IMG/VR virus record: IMGVR_UViG_3300027706_000002
Location: 2,372-66,371 of that record
DNA: 64,000 bases
Direction: 5' to 3' (one strand)
Origin: a virus
Made by a program: the position numbers and the translations under genes. The notes beneath the pieces are model-generated. The model was not told the DNA's origin, did no database searches, and worked only from the letters and a program-made list of their open reading frames with translations. Of the stretch, positions 36,317-44,339 are shown piece after piece (the stretch's first letter is position 1; each line of letters opens with the position of its first letter).

Positions 36317-38164
36317 CTACCCCTTGGGTCCTCCTCCGTAACCCGGGTGGACGAGCATACCGCCCGTTGCTGCAGGCGTTTGTACTGCTCCGATGTCCAC
36401 GTAGGAATCTTGAGTAATAAACGGAATGCCGGTTTGCACCGTTTGCCCCGGCTGTCCCGCCCCACGTAGAGCCCGACCCGCCCCTGCCGTATTGTTAAGG
36501 CCGAAATCCGCTCCGGCAGAGTTGAGAAACGGATCGGCAGACAGAGCCGCGTAGTGGATAACCTGGATTGCTTTTACCGTACTGAACAGAGTTTCACAGT
36601 TAAATGCAGAGCAATTCATGAAAAGATTACTCGCTACGGGCTGTCCGGACGTGAAACCAGCACTTCCCGAACCTGCGAAACCTACGGCTAAGCAGTTGAT
36701 ATACCAACCGCCGATGACGGTACCACTCGGGTTCGTCGAGAAACCGATATTACCAGTGTGCGGAGTGGAAGTTCCCGTCGTGTCGTAGGCCGTACAGTTG
36801 ACAAACAGATTACTGGAAGCGTCGCTGTGGAAACCCTGCCCTGCCGATACCTGCGCAACGCAGTGGACACAGCTAGCATTTCCAACCAGGTCGAAACCGT
36901 ATCCCGAGGAGGAAACATTCGCCATACATTCGAAGAAGACAGTGCCGTTGCCGCCCGTGTTGGACCTGAAGCCCTGGCCGGCGTCGCCGTCGGAGAAGCA
37001 GCGGAGGAAGAAGTTGCCGACGTTCGTAGAATCGAAGCCAGTGGAGAAGCCGCCCGTCGTCTCGCAGTCCCTCACCAGGTTGTTGCGGTCCGTTGTGGCA
37101 ACCGCTGTCATCCCAGAATGGGTATTGGCGTCGAATTTGATATTCGCTACCTGGTTGTAGGTTTTCGCGATCGTCAGGATTGTCGTGGAATCGGTGCCGG
37201 CCTTAATTGTCGGTTTCGTTTGATCCTGGTTGTAGGTAAAGCGGTTCGTGTTATAACCGATGAACTGTGCCTGGCTAGAATCGCTGCGGATAAGACCCCC
37301 GGAAACATTCGTAGAACCGCTCGTCAAGGTGTAGGTGCCTGCCTTGATAAATACGCAACCCGAGTCGATACCAGCCTCCAGCTGAGCACCGGCAAGACCC
37401 GGAGTTGCTAAAGCTCCGCCGAGCTTTCCCTGACCGCCTGTGGAGCCGAGTGTCCCTGCACTCTTATCGACGTAGTAGGCTCCTGACCCATCGACGTTAA
37501 CGATCTCCAACCGTTGCACCGTAAAACCAGTCCCGCCAGTAACGTTAATCGTATTACCAACCAGGTCCACCGTTCCGGGATGGGTGACACTCGTGAGTTT
37601 TTGGTTATTCGAACCGTCAATAACAAGATCCGTATAGGTCAACTGGACGCCGTCTTGCTGGGAGTAGTCCGTTCCCGGTGGTCCGTAATCGTTGGCGTTC
37701 GAGGTATCAAAATTGTTATCGAGAACAGTATTGGTACCGACGGTATTGTGGAAGGTGTTGGAGGATCCGGTGCCCGCATTGACAGGATGGTAAGGACCAC
37801 CCGGCGTCGTTGCCATATAGATACAGTAATCGATATCGCCGACGTCGCCGACTCCCGAAAGCAGGGTTGGGCGAGATGGGCTATTGACCTGGATATTCGC
37901 CGCACCGCTTAGCGTGATACTCGACTCGGCGGACATCGGTGATTCGAGAGTTCCTTTACCACCGCTACCTGTACCGAACGCTCCGTTATTTTGCGCATAG
38001 GTCAACACGAAGTAATAAGTACCCGCTGAGATACCGCTCCCCCCGGCGTTGACCAAGGTAGGGGCTGCTGGAGGCGAGATACTCCAACCACCCCGGAAAC
38101 CGCCAGAGTTATTATCGTTGCCGGTGGTCCGGACCTCCCAGCACATACGCTCAGAAAAGCTCAT
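36317..38164 (-). CDS. beta-helix virion appendage protein
   Basis: WEVRTTG.D.N.GGF, FIKAGTY, Cys/Asn-ladder GF repeats, DIGAVQ end. Confidence 0.65.
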   Translation of the reverse strand: MSFSERMCWEVRTTGNDNNSGGFRGGWSISPPAAPTLVNAGGSGISAGTYYFVLTYAQNNGAFGTGSGGKGTLESPMSAESSITLSGAANIQVNSPSRPTLLSGVGDVGDIDYCIYMATTPGGPYHPVNAGTGSSNTFHNTVGTNTVLDNNFDTSNANDYGPPGTDYSQQDGVQLTYTDLVIDGSNNQKLTSVTHPGTVDLVGNTINVTGGTGFTVQRLEIVNVDGSGAYYVDKSAGTLGSTGGQGKLGGALATPGLAGAQLEAGIDSGCVFIKAGTYTLTSGSTNVSGGLIRSDSSQAQFIGYNTNRFTYNQDQTKPTIKAGTDSTTILTIAKTYNQVANIKFDANTHSGMTAVATTDRNNLVRDCETTGGFSTGFDSTNVGNFFLRCFSDGDAGQGFRSNTGGNGTVFFECMANVSSSGYGFDLVGNASCVHCVAQVSAGQGFHSDASSNLFVNCTAYDTTGTSTPHTGNIGFSTNPSGTVIGGWYINCLAVGFAGSGSAGFTSGQPVASNLFMNCSAFNCETLFSTVKAIQVIHYAALSADPFLNSAGADFGLNNTAGAGRALRGAGQPGQTVQTGIPFITQDSYVDIGAVQTPAATGGMLVHPGYGGGPKG

Positions 38165-38169
38165 CGGCC

Positions 38170-38592
38170 TTACTCCACAGTGACCTTACTCTTGGATCCG
38201 TCTTCGTGTTCGATCGTGAACTGTCGCACGGCTGGTGTAGGAACTTCGACGTGTACCGCTGCTTCGGGTACGTTGATTGTAGGCCGCAGTTCCATCCCAG
38301 CTAAAACTTGCGCAAGCTGAGCCACCTGCTCCCGACCCTCCGCCAACTCGTTCAACACAGGAGCCAGAGCTTCTGCAACAGCGGCCCCGATCGCTTCGCC
38401 GAGTGTCCGGGTATCGACGTTGATCACTGGCTGCCCTCCCCCTGTACTGATTACCGTGGGGGAAGGTTGCGCATTCGTTGTCGCTGGAGCCATCCGCTCC
38501 AAGAGCCTCTCCAGGCGTCCGAAGCTCTCCTGGATGGAAGAGCCGATGGCTTTTCCTACCATCTGTCCGATTTCGATGTCAGCTTCGTTCAT
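38170..38592 (-). CDS. hypothetical protein downstream of portal
   Basis: P.INV/V.V.VP repeats; operon position. Confidence 0.6.
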   Translation of the reverse strand: MNEADIEIGQMVGKAIGSSIQESFGRLERLLERMAPATTNAQPSPTVISTGGGQPVINVDTRTLGEAIGAAVAEALAPVLNELAEGREQVAQLAQVLAGMELRPTINVPEAAVHVEVPTPAVRQFTIEHEDGSKSKVTVE

Positions 38593-38595
38593 CTT

Positions 38596-40653
38596 CTACC
38601 CTCGTAAGCTCCGTAACAGAGCTCCCCAGAATTGGTAATTACGAACCACCTTGGGACGCGGTGGGTCTACAACTTCTTCGGCCCCAGCCGGCACCTCACC
38701 GTCCTCCGGCTTCCGTTGTGCGTCAACCGTTGCTACGTGGGGTGGACGATAGGTTTCTCGGGTTTGCTTCAGCTTCTTGGAATAGCGTTTCGCTTCTCCA
38801 CGACCTTGGCTCGTCGCTTCGGCTTCTTCAGCTCCCCCTCGGGTATCGCGAGCGTAGGAAAGATTGGCGGCTGGGGTCGGCTTTTCGAGTTCCTTTTCCC
38901 TCGAAGTCTCACTCGCGTGCTCGGCCTTCGAAGACGGATTACCTTGGGCTGATCCGAGAACGGGTGGAGGGGGTTTCGGCTTACTAAAACCCGGTGGAGG
39001 AGCCGGCTCGAACCCATGCTTATCGGCTAGAGCTTCCGCCTCTTCTTGTTTATCCTGTTGAGCTTCCTCAGCGGTTTCCAAAACAGCTTCTGCCTCTTCC
39101 TCGTCCCAACCGAGAATGCGAGTCAGGTAATCTCGGGGAGGAACAACTCCTTCGACTCCGCCGGCCACATAGGCCGCGATGGCTTGGGTCGTCTGTAGAG
39201 CAATGGCCGCTTTGTCCTTCTTCGTCGTCGAGTCGAGATCCGGCCATTCAATCGAGTACCCGGAAGGTTCCGGCAAGACTCTCAGAAGAATCAATCGGTC
39301 GATAAAGGGAGCGATAATCCTGGGAGTAATGTGGAACTTCTGCCTCGCTCGTAGACGGTCGTTCCAGGCCGCGTCGTCCTGGGAAGAAGCGAGTTCGCCG
39401 CGTTCACTCCCCATAAAGACTCGCAGCGGTACGCCCAGCTTAATACAGATCGCTTCCAGTTGCACACGGATCTGCGGACTCGGATCTACCACCTGGGGAG
39501 CAAGGGATTTCGCGGTCATCCCCAACAAGCTAATCCAACGTTGTAGTCCGCTGTGATAATCCTCCATCATCTGGCGCAATCCGCCGATGTCGAGGATCGC
39601 GTCCCCACCCATCTCGGGATGCGTCTCGATGGATAACCCCGGAAAGGCCCCCCGCCAATACATCTCTGCAGATCCTCCATAGAGCTTACGGAGATCGAGG
39701 ATCGTGTTGAGAACGGCCCGCATCCGAGGAGCCCCGAAGATCTCGGAGGACTGGAGATTATCGGCGATATGGATAACCCGGCTCCAGTGGACGCGGACCG
39801 TCGCGAGAGGAAGGCCGATCCCAGTGTGGGGTTGCCTGGGATCGTTGAGGGTAACGCGGTACATGATAGGCATACCGAAGCGAGGGCTATACATACTCGC
39901 TTCGTACTGTACCACTTGCACGAGATGTTCGTCGAAGACCCGCAGAAACAGCAGCCTGCGCTGCTGGCTGTCCTTCCGCTGCGGTTGCATCGGCGTGAAT
40001 TGAACTCCGAAATACTGCGCGTCGGTTCCCATCGTCGAGGCTAACGGTTGCTCGAGAGCCTTGGGTAGTTGTCCGCCGTAGATATCCTTCGAGGTCAGAT
40101 CGCTCACCCCGGTCACGTCGATCGGTGCCCCATCCGGCGGTGCGCCGTCTACAGGTTCCTCGAGCAGTTTTCCGTCGTCCAATCCCAACAGCAGAATTCC
40201 GTAGGTGCCGATTCCTGACATAATATCGGCTCGAAGCAGGTAACTCCACACGAGGGAGCCTTCTTCGTCCTGTAACCAGGACTCGCCGTTAATCATCAGG
40301 TTAGAACCCAAAGCGTCCCAGGCTTCCTCGAACTCCGTCGCGTTTTCGGCAGACTCGTCTTCGTACACCGTTGGACTCATCTGCCAACACTCTTTCGGAT
40401 AGACCTCCACGACCCGTTCGGCGATCGGGTTACGATCGTAGAGACTGCGATAGAGTTCAGCGTTAAGAGCGTCGGGCCAACCGCACTCGTTCTCGATATC
40501 TTTATGTTGAGAATTGAACTGCTTAAAGAATTCCTGGCGGCAGGTCCACCAGTTATTAACCAGCTGCTCCAGACGAGCGAAGCGTTGTTCCTCGTTGAGA
40601 GTGGGAACGCTGTTTCCTGCCGGTTTTGTCGTCTTACGTGACGTGGACGCCAT
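38596..40653 (-). CDS. portal protein (DUF1073 family)
   Basis: Y.RN.IA.RVV...P.ECW, VHWSRVIH, GGSAE.YW, P.R...G.ERGELAS.QD motifs; follows the terminase genes. Confidence 0.88.
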   Translation of the reverse strand: MASTSRKTTKPAGNSVPTLNEEQRFARLEQLVNNWWTCRQEFFKQFNSQHKDIENECGWPDALNAELYRSLYDRNPIAERVVEVYPKECWQMSPTVYEDESAENATEFEEAWDALGSNLMINGESWLQDEEGSLVWSYLLRADIMSGIGTYGILLLGLDDGKLLEEPVDGAPPDGAPIDVTGVSDLTSKDIYGGQLPKALEQPLASTMGTDAQYFGVQFTPMQPQRKDSQQRRLLFLRVFDEHLVQVVQYEASMYSPRFGMPIMYRVTLNDPRQPHTGIGLPLATVRVHWSRVIHIADNLQSSEIFGAPRMRAVLNTILDLRKLYGGSAEMYWRGAFPGLSIETHPEMGGDAILDIGGLRQMMEDYHSGLQRWISLLGMTAKSLAPQVVDPSPQIRVQLEAICIKLGVPLRVFMGSERGELASSQDDAAWNDRLRARQKFHITPRIIAPFIDRLILLRVLPEPSGYSIEWPDLDSTTKKDKAAIALQTTQAIAAYVAGGVEGVVPPRDYLTRILGWDEEEAEAVLETAEEAQQDKQEEAEALADKHGFEPAPPPGFSKPKPPPPVLGSAQGNPSSKAEHASETSREKELEKPTPAANLSYARDTRGGAEEAEATSQGRGEAKRYSKKLKQTRETYRPPHVATVDAQRKPEDGEVPAGAEEVVDPPRPKVVRNYQFWGALLRSLRG

Positions 40654-40867
40654 TGGCGTCTCCTTCGCTAGAAGAAGAAGTCAGTGGGGCGGAGAATCGG
40701 GTTGGCTTAGGGGTAGACCCGGGGTAGGGCTGCCTGTCCCTTTTCCGCTTCCGTACTTTCCTCGGGGCGAACGTACCGAACTCCCTTACGATCCTTCGTA
40801 CAAGACAAAGACAGTCGTCCCTAGGATAGCGGAAGCCTAAGTGAAAGCCTAGGGGAATGTTACGCTG

Positions 40868-41809
40868 CTACCCTCTCTCGTGGATCGCTCCCACCTTACG
40901 CCGCGTACCGACGTGTTCACTTCCCCACACAGCCAACACGAGAGCGTCGGCCTGATCCGGGGAACACCCAAGTAATTCCTTGAGGGTCTTTTGTTTCGAT
41001 TGTGGATCCTTTTTATCCTTCGGGAGAAGGTACAGCCTTCCCTCAGGATCGTAGGTTAATGGAATCGGAGCGAGTTGCCGACGAAGCTCGGTATAGTCAG
41101 CGGGCAAAGCAAAACCCTCGGGGTTAGCGGCCGGATCCAACTTCGAGCGTAGCAATCCATACATCTCCGCTCGCCGGTTAACGTAAGCGTACTTCTCTTC
41201 CTGCTGTTCGCGACGATCGGATACGGGATAACGGCTGTAGCGAATCTCCAGAGACGGAACCTCGCCGAAAGCCACCGTGACGACCTCGTATCCCATCGAC
41301 CGCAGGCGATCGGCGTGTTGTTTTCCTCCTCCGCCGCGATCCATGTAGACCTTGTGGGAAGGAACGGAGTGCTTCTTGGCGAAGGCTAGTAGCTCGCTGG
41401 TAATCACCGAAGTATCGGGGGTCTTCTTTGCAACGAGCTCGATAAGACCTCGCTTATCGACAGCGGCCATCGTCGTCTCCGCTCCCCCTTCTCCTGGATC
41501 CACACCGATAGCAATCGCGGTACGGGCCACATAACGCAATTCCTCCGCACGTCGGGCTGCAGCGTTTAACCAATCCGGAGGAAACAGTAGATTCTCCGCA
41601 CCCTCATAGAACTCCGCGTCCAGGCCGATACACTGACGGACCTTGTCCCAAGTGACTCGCCGTTTTGCGTAATCGATCCAAGGTAAGACACCCGGCAGTA
41701 AGACTTCTCCCGTCGGCTCCAAGCCTCTCGACCTCTGCTCCAATCCCCAACGCACATTAGGGCTGTCTTCGGCCCGGATGCGGATAATCTTGCGGTAGTA
41801 ACGAGACAT
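40868..41809 (-). CDS. terL: terminase large subunit, C-terminal part (lid plus RNase H-like nuclease)
   Basis: DSPNV, AEF, IGVDPGEGG, DRGGGG, NRRAEMY, SPDQADAL motifs. Confidence 0.88.
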   Translation of the reverse strand: MSRYYRKIIRIRAEDSPNVRWGLEQRSRGLEPTGEVLLPGVLPWIDYAKRRVTWDKVRQCIGLDAEFYEGAENLLFPPDWLNAAARRAEELRYVARTAIAIGVDPGEGGAETTMAAVDKRGLIELVAKKTPDTSVITSELLAFAKKHSVPSHKVYMDRGGGGKQHADRLRSMGYEVVTVAFGEVPSLEIRYSRYPVSDRREQQEEKYAYVNRRAEMYGLLRSKLDPAANPEGFALPADYTELRRQLAPIPLTYDPEGRLYLLPKDKKDPQSKQKTLKELLGCSPDQADALVLAVWGSEHVGTRRKVGAIHERG

Positions 41810-41812
41810 ACA

Positions 41813-42130
41813 CTAGCTCGGCTCAGAAGGAGGTTGTGCGGGAGTGGGAGCGTAACCGGGGGTTTCTCCCCAGGAAAGCATTGCCCCTCGTAAGGCAGCG
41901 TAAAGACTCTCGAACATTGCGGCGGAGATCTGGACGAGAGCCAATTTACCGTCCGGCAGATAACAAAGCAGAGCAACGCTGCTCTTTCCTGATTGCATAC
42001 CTCCTTGTAAGACGATAAAACGATCGAGAGAGATTTCTACTACTTCCTCTTCGGCTAGTACTTCCTCTTCGGCTAGTTCCGGAAAAGGAGGCGGATCGCC
42101 CTGGCGTAAAATCTGAATCCTCGTATGCAT
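41813..42130 (-). CDS. hypothetical protein between the TerL halves
   Basis: Intact ORF with GGAG RBS; GGM.SGK.SV motif. Confidence 0.65.
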   Translation of the reverse strand: MHTRIQILRQGDPPPFPELAEEEVLAEEEVVEISLDRFIVLQGGMQSGKSSVALLCYLPDGKLALVQISAAMFESLYAALRGAMLSWGETPGYAPTPAQPPSEPS

Positions 42131-42408
42131 CAGTCGTCTCCGTTGAGAAGGTATTCGACGGCCTCCTGGGGAGAATCGAAATAGCGAATCCCTGCCGTCG
42201 TAAGAAGGATCTCGCCACTCTTAACGATCCTACCTTTATCGTCCAAGTAACTACTCAAGCATCTCCACAAGAACCACTTGCCAGGTTGGATAGGTCGATT
42301 CGGGCTGCCGGAAGGATAGATCCTCGATCCATCGCTAAGCAGATAGAAACCGAATTGTTTATCCGGAGCGGGCAGCCGCACTTTGCCCTGTTTCTTGCGC
42401 GAGAACAT
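42130..42408 (-). CDS. hypothetical protein between the TerL halves
   Basis: ATG lies within the 3' end of TerL-N; coupled to the next gene. Confidence 0.55.
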   Translation of the reverse strand: MFSRKKQGKVRLPAPDKQFGFYLLSDGSRIYPSGSPNRPIQPGKWFLWRCLSSYLDDKGRIVKSGEILLTTAGIRYFDSPQEAVEYLLNGDD

Positions 42409-43009
42409 CCCCACCTTGCACCCCCCTGTAGAAGAAGTTACTGCACGGATAGGGGTTGCCGATAATCAGCTTGCGCCGTGCCCAAGTATCCGAACGTTCG
42501 TAGCTCACGTCGTCTACACCACTCGCTTCGTCAGCGATAAACAACGTCCGGGGAATCCCGTCCCCCTGTTCTGCTATATGATGTCCGAGCATCCCTTCGC
42601 CCTTGGCCGCCACTCGGCCTATGAGATAACTCAGACCACAGACCTTTCCTTTGACCACTTTGCGGATGTGGAGATGATTCACGAGTAGCGGTCCACCGTG
42701 GTTCGTATCCAAAGGTTGCGCAGCCGATTGAACGAAGCGACGGATTTCACCCCAGAGCACTCCCTCTAGCTGCGTGTGGTCTACCGAGGTCGTCACGATC
42801 CTACAAGGATGTCGACTGAGAAAGAACCACAACGCGGTGAGTCCAGCGATAAAATCCTTACCAAGCATATTCCCCGCCGGTACATAGGTCTCATCGTTGT
42901 CCTGTACGGAATAGAGAATCTCCCACTGCTTATCGTACAGTCGGATATCGGGCCAATAGCGGCTGATAAACCGAACCGGATCAATGACCTTCGTTGGAAT
43001 TGTCGCCAT
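42359..43009 (-). CDS. terL: terminase large subunit, N-terminal ATPase part
   Basis: Q motif (KQ), AGNMLGKD Walker A, LFIADEASG Walker B, IGNP coupling motif; stops soon after. Confidence 0.88.
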   Translation of the reverse strand: MATIPTKVIDPVRFISRYWPDIRLYDKQWEILYSVQDNDETYVPAGNMLGKDFIAGLTALWFFLSRHPCRIVTTSVDHTQLEGVLWGEIRRFVQSAAQPLDTNHGGPLLVNHLHIRKVVKGKVCGLSYLIGRVAAKGEGMLGHHIAEQGDGIPRTLFIADEASGVDDVSYERSDTWARRKLIIGNPYPCSNFFYRGVQGGDVLAQETGQSAAARSG

Positions 43010-43586
43010 TGGAAACCTCGCTCAGCTGACCGATCCGTTCCTGGAGCAGACGAGTTACAGGATTGGCGGCGAGATCCTGCCGCTCGTAAAGCTCGTCCCA
43101 ATCGATCCCTACGTTGACGGTTTGCGAAGAGTTGGCTTGGAAGAAGACTTGGAGATGCGGATCGTTCTTGAGTACACCTAGCAGCTTGAGACGGGTTTCG
43201 ATACAGCGTTGGACGGTTTCCAGGTAAGCCACATTACCCGTTTGTCCCTTGCGCTGCCGCTCTTCGGAAATCCCGTTGGCGTTTTCGCGTACCGTAATCG
43301 TCTCTGCATCCTTTTGGCTTCTTTCCCAAGCAGCCCACGCTTCTTTCTCTACCGCATCCATTCTCGCCAGTTCTTCCGCCAATCGAGCCGCATAGTCTTG
43401 GGTCGCTCGTTCCTTCCACATCTCCCGAATCTTCTTCAGGAGCACGTGGATACGAGGTTGCGTGACGCCCACCTTGGCCGCGATTTGCCGCTGTGAATAG
43501 CCCATCACGTAAAGTTTCGCTACCTCAGCGTACAATTCTTCTTTCGCACGCATCGAGGGACGTTCAATTCGTCTTCGTCCTGGCAT
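42981..43586 (-). CDS. terS: terminase small subunit (HTH)
   Basis: GYSQRQIAAKVGVTQ HTH, AWERS, G...YL......R.KLLG; directly upstream of TerL. Confidence 0.75.
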   Translation of the reverse strand: MPGRRRIERPSMRAKEELYAEVAKLYVMGYSQRQIAAKVGVTQPRIHVLLKKIREMWKERATQDYAARLAEELARMDAVEKEAWAAWERSQKDAETITVRENANGISEERQRKGQTGNVAYLETVQRCIETRLKLLGVLKNDPHLQVFFQANSSQTVNVGIDWDELYERQDLAANPVTRLLQERIGQLSEVSNGDNSNEGH

Positions 43587-43688
43587 CGTCGCGGACCTCT
43601 ACAGCGATTACGTCGTTGAAGATAACTGCCGATCTATCGCACAATACAGCTCAATTCTAACAGTTTTCTAAGCGATTTAACTCGATCA

Positions 43689-44339
43689 CTACGTCGTTTT
43701 CTCGATCGCTGGTAATCCGGCGATACGCCGAACGTGGTCCAAGGATTCAATCACTCGTACACCGTCCAGGTAGACGTAGCTTCCAGCAATCCGAGGACTC
43801 AGGTCGATAAAGTGAACTTCTCGAATCGGTTGGAGAAGAACCATCTTCGGCCCCCAATTAAACCAGAAAGTACTACGACAGTAAATCGATTCCGTAAAGC
43901 CTTGGCGAAAACTGCAAATAAACTCTCCCAACTCTGAACGAAGTTTGTCATAAAGATGGACATGATACCAGAAGTTCGACTGAAGAAGATAAGTCTTATC
44001 CGAGGGATACTTCGATACTCCGCAGTCTGCGGAGAGAGAATCGTAAGCCTCGTGTAGCCAGAAGGACCAACAGTTATCCAGTAACTCCCGCTCGCGGCGG
44101 CGCAGTAACTCGCCCCGCGTTAGGGCGGCAGCTGGCCCGGGTTCTGTTCGGTAGAGTAAGATAGTGTGATCAGGATGCGGAATTGCCGTCGTTAGTTCGA
44201 TCTGCAACCGAATGAACTCCGCTCGCTCTTCCTGACCATGATCCTCCAACCAATCAGCGTAGATGAGGCGCAGGCCCCTATCCGAAGGTTCTCTACAGAT
44301 CGCCTCGAGAAATCCTCTATCGTCGGAAAAGGCCCCCAT
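43689..44339 (-). CDS. TIGR02996 domain-containing protein
   Basis: FL.AI...P.D...RLIYADWLED.G..ERAEFIRLQIEL and F..GF...P motifs. Confidence 0.88.
   Translation of the reverse strand: MGAFSDDRGFLEAICREPSDRGLRLIYADWLEDHGQEERAEFIRLQIELTTAIPHPDHTILLYRTEPGPAAALTRGELLRRRERELLDNCWSFWLHEAYDSLSADCGVSKYPSDKTYLLQSNFWYHVHLYDKLRSELGEFICSFRQGFTESIYCRSTFWFNWGPKMVLLQPIREVHFIDLSPRIAGSYVYLDGVRVIESLDHVRRIAGLPAIEKTT

Noticed and set aside
38596-40653. Anti-CBASS Acb1 label often attached to DUF1073 proteins
   Set aside because: No 2H-phosphoesterase HxT motifs seen; sequence and position fit a portal.
42041-42076. 18-bp tandem duplication
   Set aside because: In-frame LAEEEV duplication; simple slippage.
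41810-42358. Group I/II intron or intein interrupting terL
   Set aside because: No recognisable intron core, LAGLIDADG/HNH/GIY-YIG ORF or intein termini by eye; not formally excluded without a covariance search.
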